Below are positions 46,027 through 59,220 of a stretch of 64,000 bases of DNA, one piece after another; within the stretch, counting starts at the first letter, position 1; each line of letters starts with the position of its first letter. Location: assembly GCF_009914755.1 (NCBI RefSeq), contig NC_060939.1; one strand, given 5' to 3'. The notes beneath the pieces are model-generated. The model did not search any database, had not been told where the DNA came from, and saw only the letters and a program-made list of their open reading frames with translations. Source of the stretch: the human T2T-CHM13v2.0 reference genome, Homo sapiens. A program made the translations under genes and the position numbers.

Positions 46027-46092
46027 TTTCTGCTATGGCTGAACCTGGATCTAGCAGGGTTCTCAGTTTCTGCTATGGCTGAACCTGGATCT
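46027..46092. repeat. 26-bp perfect direct repeat (TTTCTGCTATGGCTGAACCTGGATCT), 40-bp period
   Basis: Copies at 46027-46052 and 46067-46092. Confidence 0.95.
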
Positions 46093-46413
46093 CAGTCCCC
46101 TGGTGAGCTTAGCTCCTGCCTCCCAGAGAACTGGAATGACCTTATTCAGACACCTCCAGCCTGTATAAGTCAGGGGCAAGGACTGGGGAGTCAAGAGGGT
46201 TAAGGGAGTGAGAGGTGAGAGTTACAATCCACATTGTATTTTATGTCAACAGCATCCCCTGGAGTACTGCAAAGCTCTAAGTCAGATATCCCAGTGGGGG
46301 GCATCACCCATCCTAGACTTTCTCCCCTGCCCCATGCCCCTTATACCAACATCAATTCAGCACATAGCACTGTACTTGGCCATTAAGATAGTAAATAAAT
46401 GCCTGGTGAATAG

Positions 46414-47003
46414 TTTGATAGACAGAAAGATGCCCACTCCCCCAACCCAAAGATGTTTACATTCTCATTCCTAGAAACTGTAAATATGTTATCTTAATAG
46501 CAAACAGGATTTTGCAAGTGTGGTTAACATTAAGGATCTTGAGATAAAGAGATTATCCTGGATTATCCGAATGGGCCTAATCTAATCCTAAAAAGCAGAC
46601 AGGCTTCCCTGGGTGCAGTCAGAGACAGAAATGCAGCTAGGGGAATTGGAGTCAAAGAGAGGGCCATGAGAGAAGGATTCCATGCCCTGTGGCTGGTTCT
46701 GAGAGGTAGGGACTCTATGTAAGGACAGAGCAAATGTCTTCTAGGAGTTCAGGGTGGCCCCAGTTAGCAACCAGCAAGGACCTCAGTCTTACAGTCCCAC
46801 GGAACTGTCAAGACCAGAATGAGCAAAGATAGTGATGCACCCCCAGAGCTGCCACCAAGGAACGCTGTCCTGCCGAGACGTTGATTTTAGTCCTATGAGA
46901 CCCATAGGACTTCTGGCCCATAGAACTAAATGATAGTGTGTGTTTTAAGCTGCTAAAGTTTTGGTAATTTATTATAGTAGCAACCGATAATAGAAATGGC
47001 TAT
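46414..47003 (+). mobile_element. MLT1D/E-like MaLR LTR in the intron
   Basis: Typical blocks: aaatatgttatctt, ttaaggatcttgagat...gattatcctggattatc, ttttaagctgctaaagttttggtaattt. Confidence 0.75.
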
Positions 47004-47334
47004 AAAATGGAATGTATTTTGTAACTGAACATAATTTTCTTGCCTCTGGTGTCCCTAATTTCCTTGGTGGCTGGCAGTCATAGAGAAGTCCTTTTCCATG
47101 GTTAGCTGTGTGCCAGTGACGGGGAGGGCATCCTTACTCTGGTCTCAAGTGCTTCTTGGCACCCCTGGGTTTACTTTTTTGCTGATGTCCCCTGGCATAG
47201 GTGTTGCTAGAAGCTGGCGTTTTTAGGAAGCACGTAGAACTCTCTGCTCCTTCATAGTCAGTCAGTGGCTCCATCCCAGGCAGGTGCTCCAGACCCATCC
47301 CATTCATTAGTCATCTATTCTGTACAAGAAACTT

Positions 47335-47480
47335 GATGAATTTTATTTCATTTAATTCTAACAACTATATGAATTAGGTAATGTTATCCCCATTTTACAG
47401 GGAGGAAAGCTGAGGCTCAGAGCAAGTGAACATCTAACCCAGGGCCACCAACAAGAGCTCAGGGATTGGAATCTGGGAGA
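47335..47480 (-). mobile_element. MIR, exonised (supplies the exon-2 acceptor)
   Basis: ttatccccattttacagggaggaaagctgaggctcagag...cccagggccac...gggattggaatctggg resembles the reverse-complement MIR core (ATCCCCATTTTACAGATGAGGAAACTGAGGCTCAGAG). Confidence 0.85.
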
Positions 47481-47808
47481 AGATGCTTCCCTTCTCTTCT
47501 CCAAGAGTCCTTTTGGGGCTGGCAAGTTGATACAAGCTCCAGCTCATGTCTTCAGACAATGCTGGGTCCAAGGAAATGCATGGATCTCCTGCATTACAAA
47601 GTTTGACTCCAAGAGAAGCCCAGAAGTGGCTTCCAGCCCCTCCTACCTAACTGTGCCCCGCCGTTCACCACTTCCTGTCTTCCTGCGACCCAGTGACAGA
47701 TGTGTCTGTGGGGGCTGCTACTTGGGAAAGTCCACCAGGAGGAGAGCATGCCAATCTCTCCTCTCAGATCCTCTGGGGGTTACTTTCCCCACCCAAACTA
47801 GGCCTTGA
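47401..47808 (+). CDS. C15orf53: Coding exon 2 (GGKLRLRASEH...VTFPTQTRP*, 135 aa + stop) of the same ORF
   Basis: Acceptor ccccattttacAG at 47399-47400; branch-like CTAAC at 47358-47362. Frame stays open from 47401 into the listed ORF 47527-47808; TGA at 47806-47808. Confidence 0.7.
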   Translation, partial: GGKLRLRASEHLTQGHQQELRDWNLGEDASLLFSKSPFGAGKLIQAPAHVFRQCWVQGNAWISCITKFDSKRSPEVASSPSYLTVPRRSPLPVFLRPSDRCVCGGCYLGKSTRRRACQSLLSDPLGVTFPTQTRP

Positions 47809-49287
47809 TGTCAAGGCCTAGTTACAGGGACGTCAAACTAGGAGGTTGATGTCGGTGTGGTGTGGAAGATGTTGGGGAGAAGCTGCAGGTGCCTTCTTAC
47901 CAGCTCTTCCTGAAAACTTGTCTCTCCCTCTCCTTGTTAGTCTGTTTTATAACTCACACTCCAGCCGGGGGGAAGTAAAGGAGCTTATCCCGTTCACAGA
48001 TCCTGTAACCCATGGTGGTTATTACCTCATAGCTGGTGCAGTGTTCTTTGAGCCTAGCAGTTTGGTTTAGACTCAAGTGTCTATTCTTTGCAGTCTTTCT
48101 GGGGTTGGTAGCAGAGAAAGAGAAGAGAACAGGTAATTCGATCACTCAGGTTATTCGTGTGTAAAAGTTGAAGCCCTACCACAAACGTATGAGTGGATGT
48201 TATAGTGTAATAACCTGGACATTGCCAAGACAGCTTCCTCAGGGCTTTTGTTTCCTCAAGCCTACCTGAAGGCTCTCTTCTCAGTCACGGGGGATGGAAT
48301 TGTTTCATCCCTGGCTTGCTTTGGGCCTCAGTTTCCCTATTCCAGGATAGTTTCCCTATTCCCTATTCTGCATCATAAAAAAAAAAAATACACTCCTGAT
48401 AGAAGTCGGTTGATGCTTTTGGCCTGCAGCCTCCTTAAGGTTAATAGTCCACATAATTTCCTCAGGGGCCCTGGCTGGCCTGTTGTGGGTGTACCCATGA
48501 AGTATCTTGATTTGCTATGATAGGAGCCACCTTGGCTTCCTGTGGAGATAAGCCCTGCCCCTCGTTCCCACTTTAAGCTTGAAAAGTCCCTTATCCAACT
48601 TTGGAATGGGAACTAGAAAGACTAAGCAGTGTCTCTCAGGGGTTCCTTCTGGGGTCACTCAGAAGAGGAGAACCAAGCAGTCTTGGCGGAGAGACACCTG
48701 AAGTTGGTCACTCGGCACATTACCAGGGGCTCAGCAATGACCAGCCTGCAACCATCCTGCCTTTCCCCAGGGGTCTGGGCTCCAGCCATGGAGGGTGGAC
48801 TGGAGACTCCTTTGCCTTTCAACACTGTCTGGCCTGTCTCGGGTCCGGCACGTCTTTTCTCTACTGATTTTGTGGCTGTGGTTAACTTAGCTAACCTTTC
48901 AGTGAAATAATGTCTAGTGGCATTCCTTTACATTTTCCATGTGCTGTTTTTTCCATAACTCCATTTTCTTCAGGGCTGAGTTTGGGTCTTCATTTTTCCA
49001 CCCACAGGCCTAGTTAAGCTTGGTCTTGTGCTCCAACTTACCTGCCCCAGACTTCTTGGATGGACATTGTCAATCTGGTCATATTGAGAGTGAAACTGCC
49101 ACCTAGTGGTCACTGGAGGTGTGCCTGCCTTTTCATGAGCTCTCTTGCTGCTGGTTACCGGAAACATCAGTTGATGGTTTTCTTCTAAGCTAACTCAGAA
49201 GCTGTGATGTGAATCAGACCAAACAATTTATCTGCTTCAAATCCATATTGTAAAGAGGTTTAATATAAAGACATATTTTCAAATCAA

Positions 49288-49293
49288 AATAAA
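49288..49293 (+). terminator. Polyadenylation signal AATAAA
   Basis: Canonical hexamer about 1.5 kb after the stop codon. Confidence 0.5.
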
Positions 49294-49787
49294 TAATGAA
49301 GCAAAAATCAGATAGACATGTACTCCTTTGCCAAACTGGAACACAATTTTTCTTTCTTTGACTAAATTTCAATTCAAATGAAGTCCTACAAAGACAAAAC
49401 AAATCAACTAACAAACAGCCCAACAAAAACACCTAAACCAAACAGCCCAGCAAAAAGCGGAATGGTCATTTTCATTTATCCAACACAAATCTACTTAGTG
49501 CTGGGCTGGTTCTGGTAGGCAACCAAGTGTTTAGTGGATACCCGAGCAGCTCATTCTAATACAACATGGCAACTTAAAATCAGGTGAAGAAATGCAGTGG
49601 GAGAAAACAAAGAGGAATTGGTAACTCTGCAGAGCAGTGACATTTGAATAGACTTGTCAAGGAAGACTAGATTTAGTCAGGCAGGAGGGAGAGAGGGCAG
49701 GGAGGGAATTCTACCTGACTAAGGAAGAGCATGTGCAAGGCCTAGGGGAATGGAAGAGAAGAATGAGTTCAGGTGTCTGGAAGAGGT

Positions 49788-50176
49788 TGTCTTAGTAGGT
49801 TTCCTGTTGCTGTAACAGAATACTACAGAGTGGGTAATTTATAATGAAGAGAAATTTATTTAGTGTATGGTTTTGGAGGCTGGGAAGTCCAAGAGCATGG
49901 TGCTGTCCTCCAGGAAGGGTCATTCCATGGCAGGGAGGCAGAAGGGCAAGAGAGGGAGTGTGAGAAAGAGAGACAGAGACAGAGAGGGAGGGAGGGAGGA
50001 AAAGGGGGCCAGACTCCCAAGATCGCTCACTCACTTCTGTGATGACAGCATGAGTCTATTCACAAAGGCAGAGCCCTCAGGACCTCATCACCTCTTACAG
50101 GCCCCATCTCCCAAAACTGTAACAACGGCAATTAAATTTCAACAACAGTTTTGGTGAGGACATTTGAACCATAGCA
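49788..50176 (-). mobile_element. MST/MLT1A-like LTR
   Basis: tgtcttagt...ggaggctgggaagtccaag...aaccatagca. Confidence 0.88.
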
Positions 50177-50289
50177 GGTGAGTAGTGTGGCTGAAAAAAT
50201 ATCATTAAGTCTAAAGCCTTGTAATGCATTAATTAACCACCTATTTTATATATTTATTGGCTACCTGTCTTATTCAAAGTAGATATACA

Positions 50290-50890
50290 AAGGTATGAGA
50301 CATGGAGAAAAATTTAAGATGACATGGAGGTATATTGAAAAGATGTCAGTTCTTCCCAAATTAGTCTACAAATTCAAAACTAGCACAGTAAAGATCCCAG
50401 CAGGTTTTTTCTTTTGTGGAAATTGAGAAGCTATTTCTAAAATTTATTTAGAAATGTGGAGCCAAAAATAGCCAGACTATCTTAAAAAAGAACAAAACTG
50501 GAAGACTGATACTACTACATACCAAGAACTTTAATAAAGCTAAACGAATTGTTGGGAAACTGGCAACAATTAAAACTGAATGTACACACACCCTCGGACC
50601 CAGCAATTCCATTCCTATGTACATGTCCAACAAAAATGCATATATATTTAATAGAGATTTATACTAGATTGTTCAACACAATGGTATTCATAGCCGTAAA
50701 TGGTGACTATCCGAATGCCTTTCAACCCGGTGGTGTCTTTGTACAACAGGATTCTGTATAGCAATGAAAATGAATGATTTACAATTACACACAACACTCT
50801 GGATGTATTTCACAAATATTACATTAAGAAAAAGATGCCAGACTCAAGAGAATACACATTGTCCAATTCCACTTATATAAAACAAAAAAA
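50290..50890 (+). mobile_element. Old L1 (L1ME-like) fragments
   Basis: gatgtcagttcttcccaaatt; gacccagcaattccattcct. Confidence 0.75.
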
Positions 50891-50899
50891 GGGCCCCAA

Positions 50900-51214
<315 letters not shown>

Positions 51215-51315
51215 TGATTGTACTAGCAGCTCTAACTCTTCATCTCTTAAAATCCATGCCCTTTGCCATATGACTGCAGCTCCTTTCACTGAAGATGTGG
51301 AGTGTATTTCCCCAG

Positions 51316-51554
51316 CAGGGTCAGGACTATGGTGAGGCAATGAAGGCAACTGCCCCAGCCTTAAAATTAAGGAGGCACCAAAATCCTCAGTAATCAAGAA
51401 AAATAATATTGAATGCAATGTTTTTGAAAAATCAAAATTAATGCAAGAAAATCCATTGTGAACAAAATTTCGATAAAGACAGGAGCTGACCCTGCACTTG
51501 CATAACTCAATTTACTAGCCTCACTCTACTAGCCTCACTCTAATCCTGGCTCTG
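51316..51554 (+). mobile_element. MER96B-like hAT MITE
   Basis: Imperfect 23-bp TIRs CAGGGTCAGGACTATGGTGAGGC / GCCTCACTCTAATCCTGGCTCTG. Confidence 0.7.
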
Positions 51555-51690
51555 TCAGATCCTATCTTGAATAAAGAGGATGCCTGCATATTTCTGTTTG
51601 TTCTCTTATTCTCTGCTATCACCATGGCCATGCCTGGCTAGCCTGCTGGAGGCGAGCTGTCCCCCAACCCCCAAGGTGCAAGAGAAAGTC

Positions 51691-52144
51691 TGTGGGGGAT
51701 CAGTCACAGTGGTGGGAAAAATTATAGGGAAAGGATGCAAACCTTCTGAAAGGTTGGAAGCTCCTGCAGAGCCCCAGGAGAGAATAGCTGAAAGCAGCTG
51801 TTCTATAACCCTGAGGCAGAGGGCAAGGAGTAAGTACAAAGGAGTGTAGGGGAATTTATCTTAAACAGGCTTGTTTACTTATGTTGACCAGGAACTGACC
51901 TTTGATCATCCACACACCTGACTTTCTCTGGAAGGAGAACAATAAATGTTAATTACCTACAGGTTGTGTTGGCTCCAGGTTTTTGGCATTGTGCCTGAGC
52001 TGAATAAAAGCAAGCAGCTCCAGCTTCTCCAGGCTGCTGTCTGGCCGTTAGAGCCAGCCAGTCACCTTGCTGCTTTTATACTGCATACCTGTGTCTGAGT
52101 ACTCATTTCATCCATTGGCCAAGGCCTGTGGGACAGACCTGGCA
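51691..52144 (+). mobile_element. LTR22 (HERV-K22/HML-5) solo LTR
   Basis: tgtgggggatcagtcacagtggtgggaaaaattatagggaaagga...gacagacctggca; internal AATAAA. Confidence 0.82.
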
Positions 52145-52803
52145 AGAGCCCAGCCAAGATGAACCAACTTGCCTACACAACCACCCCCGTGAGTGAATGA
52201 TAAAATATTGAAGTTTTGTGATTGTTTGTTCTGCAGCAAGAGCCAACCGATGCACTGAACTATGTAGTTAAGGGTCAGGATAGAGGTTGCTTTTGGGAGA
52301 TGAGGCATGAAGTGGGTTCTGAGGTGCTGCTGAGTTCTGTTTCTTAACCTGGGTGCTAATTACACAGTTGTATTCAGTTTGTGAAAATTGACTTGTATGT
52401 TTATGACCTGTACAACTTTCTATATTTTTATATTTGAAAACATTTTAAAGGGTAGGTGACAAGGCTCTTACTATTTTTTTCAAGGACAACTTACTGGGAT
52501 AAGATGTATAAAATAAAAGTTACAAGCACCAGAGACTGAAATCAAAATCCAGAATAAATTGAACTTGAACTAATATTCAGAAAAATCTATGAAAATACCT
52601 ATTTTGGACTCTATCCACAATTATTTATGTGAAACCACTTAGAATTACTTAGACCATTATTTTTAAATTCTGTTAGGCATGACACAATCACAACATAAGA
52701 ATATTCTCTGAACCAGTATTTCATTCGGTTTGGGTTTTTGCTGAATTCATCTTTACATGTGGCTTTGCATGGCCTCATTTCAATAAAAATGAGACCAATG
52801 TAA

Positions 52804-53259
<456 letters not shown>

Positions 53260-53639
53260 TGATGGGAAGAAGCTGGCATCTAATCAGAACTGTGATTTCC
53301 TTGCTGTGGATTCCTTTTTCTAGCTGGCTAGAATTGACTCTGAAGTGGGTGGGAAGAGCCTGTTATCAATTTGATGTCAAAGAGAAAGTCGTTCTGTTTT
53401 AAGAATTGAGATAAAAAGGGGAAAATACATAGCTAAATAATGGCATTTGTGATGTCTTCCTCCATATCCCAAAAGAATAACTTCTAGTTGCTTTTCAGAA
53501 AGACAGGCAAACCTGTACGAGTTCTCTGGGGGAAAAAAAGAGTTCTATCTAGTACCAGATTTGTTCCCTGCCCAGGTGTTTCCTATGCACCTGGGCCTGG
53601 CAGTGCCATGCCCCACTTTCCACAGCAGATGAGGGCCAG

Positions 53640-53850
53640 GAATGGTGCCAAGGACTTTAATTACAGGAACTCATCTAATCTTTGTAACCCCTCTATGGGG
53701 AGGCACTGTCATCCTCTTTTTACAAATGAGGACCCTGAAGTGCAGAGATGTTGAATCACTTGCCTAAAGTCGCACAGCGAGAACCTAGCAGAGCTCGTAT
53801 TGAGCCTGGCTGTCCGGCTCGGGGTGTGTGCTCTTATCACCAAAACTTGC
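53640..53850 (-). mobile_element. MIR
   Basis: ttttacaaatgagga...cacttgcctaaagtcgcacagc. Confidence 0.75.
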
Positions 53851-55709
53851 TCTCAATTCATACCACGAGTTGTCAATTCCAAAGGAGCTGTGAGAAATCC
53901 TCTTTTAGAAGGAAAAAATTATTTTACAAGCAGAGCTACCTCTCCCTAATTTATAGCTGACATAAATCAAATTTTTAGATCCATCAGGCTTGTTGTCGGA
54001 TAGGGCATTCCTAAGTATGAACTTATAATGAGATTATTTTGAAATGAATGACTTAAAATTATCTTTTAATGTAAGTACCTGAAACGTCTATTTATACTGT
54101 CCTGTTTTGACTGCATCACACAGGAAGTTTGTGTGGTGTGTTTGACTCACTGTTAATTTCATAAGTCCGTGTCTCAGTTACAGGTAAAGGCCCTTTGGAA
54201 TCGAATCAGCTTACCTGCTTTTTTTTTTTTTTTTTTTTTTTTTTTAAGCTGTGGTACCCAGCATGAATGATAATTAGTAGGTGCTCAGAGTAGGTGCTTA
54301 ATGATTGATTAACGGGACTGAAGTAAAATGCTTCCAGTTTAGCAGAGATTCTGGAGTAAAAGGAATACAGTGAAAATGATTTGTTAAATTGACTGGCAGT
54401 ACATATGTAAATTACAATGAAAACATTCTTATTGACAGGCAAACAAAACATTGTATATTTGGTTCTAAAAATTCTCGTAATGAAAATTCTTTATCTGTTA
54501 TGCCCCCTTCTGTATTCCGTCAGTGTAGTGGTGGTCCTCCTGCTCTCGTCCTTCCTACCAGCATGAGTAAAAGTCACAAAGTTTGAATAGATCACCTATC
54601 AGATGAGCTGCTTGGACTGTCAGGGCATTTTAGCTTTCAGGAGGCCATGGTTTCCATTTTCTATCTTAGAATCGGTTTCTTTCCTTCTGGGACCCTCACA
54701 GAACTGCCACCGATGCACATCCCTGCCTTTTTTTGTAGTCAGAAGGTGAAGTGGTGAAGATTTCAGGCAGATGGTGGGAAATCTAGAGGCTATCGTGCAT
54801 CCTGTAATCCCTGACCAGGTGAGAAGGTATTTCTGGGGAGACCGACCCGGCTCACAGTCCTCCCTCAGTCACGGCTGAGGAATCACAGCTGAAAGGATTC
54901 TTGAAGGCACTGGTGACAACAGCTGCTCTCTAGCTCTGTATAATCTGTCATTAGGGACCGTAGTTTTTGTTATTTAAAACAAAGTGCTTGTTTTAATCCA
55001 AGTAGCAACACATTCTTGCTCCTTAACCAAACAGGTCGGCAACTTCTTTCAAGAATTCAGCTAACGTTTATGAGCTTCCATTGTGGACAAAATCCAATTC
55101 TAGGTGTTTCAGGGCTTGGGAGGTTGAGGGTGCAGACTTGTTCCCCAGTGCATGGGGGGCACTGGGAGTTGGGATACGCATCAGTCAGCTTTAACATGTC
55201 ATATGTGGACTCTGATGAGGGATGTGAGAGCGAGAAAAAGACAAAGGGTGGGGACAGACTAATTTCGACTAAGGGACTATACAGGGATCCTTTTCCTGGA
55301 AATGAGATTAATGAGTCACCCTGAAGAAAACATGCTTTCAAGTCCCGTCTTAGCTTTGGCATTATTAATTCACATCCAGATTTGCTGCAAATGCATCTAA
55401 TTAAGCTTCCAGCCTCCAGTCTTTCTCCACTAGAAACTTGCTAGCCCACTGCCACAATTTACATTCCCAAGTCATCCAGAGAGTTCTTGAGCCTGCAAGG
55501 GGTTCCTCCTTTGTGTAACGGTATGCACCCCATTCCCCATTATCCAAGACAAATTTCTTCCTGGGTTCAGAGTTTAGTTAACATTAAAATGATCCTGACT
55601 TTCATAGTTCATATAGAAAGGTTTTGGAAAGAAAGCAATCATGGATTATACGGCAATCTTTGTATTCTAGAGGGTGGGTTTCAGCATACCGCCTGCCCCA
55701 AGGTTACAA

Positions 55710-55970
55710 AAATTTGAGGATGTACAAGTCCCTAATAGAAAATGACATATTTTCATCTAGCTACACAATCCTCCCATATATTTTAAATTATCTCTAGATT
55801 ACTTATAATACCTAATACAATGTAAATACTATGTGAACAGTTAACACTATATTGATTTTTTAATTTTAATATTGTATTGTTGTTCCTAATCATTTTTTTT
55901 GGAATATTTTTGATCTGCTGTTGGCTGAATCCTCAGATGTGAAACCCATGGATATGGAGGACTGACTATG
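55710..55970. mobile_element. MER2 (Tigger-derived)
   Basis: tctctagattacttataatacctaatacaatgtaaat; ggatatggaggactgact. Confidence 0.85.
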
Positions 55971-56159
55971 TAAATTGGGCTATTTCTTCATTTGGCAATG
56001 ATGTACCCAAAAGAGAACATTTTAACTGTAAACAAACTTTTGTAGTAAAAAATGCTTACCTTTGATGACCTGGAACTGAAGCCACACCTCTTGTAAGCAG
56101 TGAGAGACTGGCAAGGATTTGATTGTTTTCCTCTTTCAATAAGGTACAGCTGTGATCTT

Positions 56160-56342
56160 CCAGTGGCTTCCAATTGAGCCCACAGACTGATTGCAATTAG
56201 AATCACCTGGGGGAGAATTCCGACCCTGAAGTTTTTTGGTTTCCAGCCGTAGAGATTCTGTGGCAGAACTAGAAGAGCCTGGAAATCTATTTTCAAAAAG
56301 CTCCCCAAGGGATTCTGCATGAACCAACTTTGGAAACAATTG
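56160..56342. mobile_element. MER5A-like
   Basis: attagaatcacctgggg; aagctccccaagggattctg. Confidence 0.7.
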
Positions 56343-56784
56343 TTGCAGGGACTATATGATTGACAGGTAAAGATCTCGTCATTAGTGATACTGGATTAAG
56401 CTCTTACATGACCTCAGTTTCAAGGCTGTGCTCACTCAAGTTACTCACTGCTCATGTAGGGAGAAAAAGGATAGCTTGATGGGCAGAACCGAGTAGTGAT
56501 CCCAAAGTCGATTGGGAACACTTGGTTGGTTCTACATGGGAGAAAATTTTCTGTGCTTATGACACATTATTGTTAAGGTGAGATTTGGGGAATTGGCATA
56601 AATCCTTTTTGCATATCTAGTACAACTTCCTGCAAGCAACAACTTATTGATTGCCTAGCTGTCCCCATTTATTGTTACCCAAAATACGTAATATTAAGTA
56701 ATATTAGAAAAAAACCTTCTTGGTTGCCATTTTTCTACCTCCCTCATTTCACTTTTCCACGTTCCCTTTTTGTTTTTTAAAATA

Positions 56785-56950
56785 TTTTTTCAACTTTTTA
56801 GATACAGGAGTCACATGTGCAGATTTGTTGCATGAGTATATTGCACCCAGGTTGTGACTAGAGTCCCTAGTAGGTAGTTTTTCAGTCCACGTCTCTCCCT
56901 CCCTCTCTGGTAATCCACAGTCTTTATTGTTCTAATGTTTATGTCCATCT
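56785..56950 (-). mobile_element. L1P 3' end fragment
   Basis: acatgtgcagatttgttgcatgagtatattgcaccc...taggtagtttttc. Confidence 0.8.
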
Positions 56951-58869
56951 TTTTTTTATAGTCTATAACCATAATTTATACTTTTATTTTAGTATTCAAG
57001 AAGTATTTTTGCATTTTTACAAAGGATTTTTTCAATTTCCCTTTGAAATCTGCATGTTCTTGCTAGCTTTTAGTGTACCTGGGTTTACGCCGCACTGGTG
57101 GAATCTAATACTTGGTACAAATCAACATCCTGGGGGTTGCTAGGAAGGCCACATGCACACTTTTATATTTTAGGTATAGTTGATTGACACCAGCGATGGC
57201 TTGGTGTACTTTAATGGCCTGAAAGTCACTCTCAGCAAGTGCTCAGCTTTTGACGCTCAGTGTAACACCCAAGAATGACCAGGAGATGGTGTTGTGGATC
57301 AACTTTTCTCCCACATTGAGCAGTGCAGGTGGTTTTCAGAGAACCCAAGATGATGAGATACAGGCTAATAAACTCACATTTGCAAACTAAGTAAAATATT
57401 TGAAATAAAAAATTTAACTTTAGGGATAAAGGTTGATGAACTGACTTTGCACATTGCTCTAAAGCCATCAGATCTGAACTTGACACAGAGCTTGACCTTG
57501 GAGGAGGTGTAGTTTGTTGAATATTTACTGGCAACTTTCTGCTCTTAGTAAAGAGGTCAGAGAAAGCCCTTGAGGAAGATTGGAGAGCAGTCTGAGGCTT
57601 CCTGCCACCCTAAGAGCAGCACAGAGAAGTGATTACAATATAAATGGAATTCTAAGAAATGCATATATTTTATACCGTCCTTGGCTTAATCATGAAAATG
57701 TTAGGCAAAAGTTGCTATCTACAAAATTAGCATAAGGAGAATATCTGATGCCGAGGGTCACAGGATTTTGCCCAAGTCTTTTGTGATGGCTAAGCAGTTG
57801 GCTCCCTTTCCTAGGCATTCGGAGATAATGCTAACAGACTGTTGGGTTTTCCTCTTGTGTATTTATAACCTCTTGTGTTTGTAGTTAGAATGTGGCCTGC
57901 TGGAATGGATTTTCTTTCCTGTTTGCATGTAAATAACACCACCATGACCCTGTAAATTTCCCACAAGCAGTTTTAGAAATACAGTGGTGTTATCCCAGAG
58001 GTGGGGGCCCCTGCATCATTCCTAAGAGTGTCTAAGTCAATTAACCCAGTTGGTTTGATTATGGGCCTAAGACATCCAAGGTCACAGTAACCATCTGTGG
58101 CAAGATCAGTAAAGTTAGAAGAGAGAAAGCCTATGTACTCCAGGCACCAAGAGGAATGTGCCGTAACACAGGCAAAGTATGTTACTGGTAACATGGAAAG
58201 TTATTGGTAACGTGGAAAAATTGCGTGGCTCAGCAGTATCCCTCAGTGTTTAACAGAGAAGGCACTTAATGATGTCATCCTCAACGGCAGAGCCATTTAT
58301 GTTTATAGAGACCTTCCTAAGAATAAAGTTGTGTGAACTCATGGTTCCTGGCTCAGTTTTATTTATGTGACTCTTTACGACTTGTGTCTTTTAAGATTTT
58401 TCTCTTTTGTTTTGCTTTTTTTTTTTCATGACAATTATGAAGAAATGGAAAGATACCTTTGTTTATTGACGTAATCAGGGAAAGGTGTAAAATTCAGTGG
58501 TGATTCTCCCACTGGGGAGCCTCTACCAGCTGCAAAATTTTAGGAACTGTGGAAAACAGGTTTTTCACCATCCATGCATGCTTTCTATTGGTATTCCCTG
58601 TTAGCCGCTGCAATCCAGATGTGTACTTGAGATTTATTGTTGTTTACTTGGGAAGCAAAATCTCCCATGAAACAGGAAAAGGATCTTTCATATAAAGAAT
58701 AAATATTTGTGTTCTAGATGGAGAAGCAAATGCTTTTCTGAGCCCAGTTTCTGGGGCTGGCTGGCTGAATGTCTGGTACACAATAATAGTTCACATTCAT
58801 TGACTAAGGGACAGGCTCTGTGCTAAGCATGGTGCAAGTATCACTTTTGATTTTCATGAAACCTTGTGA

Positions 58870-59220
<351 letters not shown>

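Larger units (their letters stand above)
45840..49310 (+). ncRNA. LINC02694: Two-exon transcript unit (LINC02694/C15orf53-like); ends approximate
   Basis: TATA-like AATATA 45808-45813, Inr-like TTCAGT 45841-45846, one intron 46003-47400, first canonical AATAAA I found after the stop at 49288-49293. Name from recall. Confidence 0.6.

Noticed and set aside
46027-46092. Repeat-spacer-repeat resembling CRISPR
   Set aside because: Only two copies with a 14-bp spacer, in a primate intron, with no cas genes.
48376-48388. A-run as a transcript end or retrocopy tail
   Set aside because: Genomic A-tract without canonical AATAAA or TSD; more likely an internal oligo-dT priming site.
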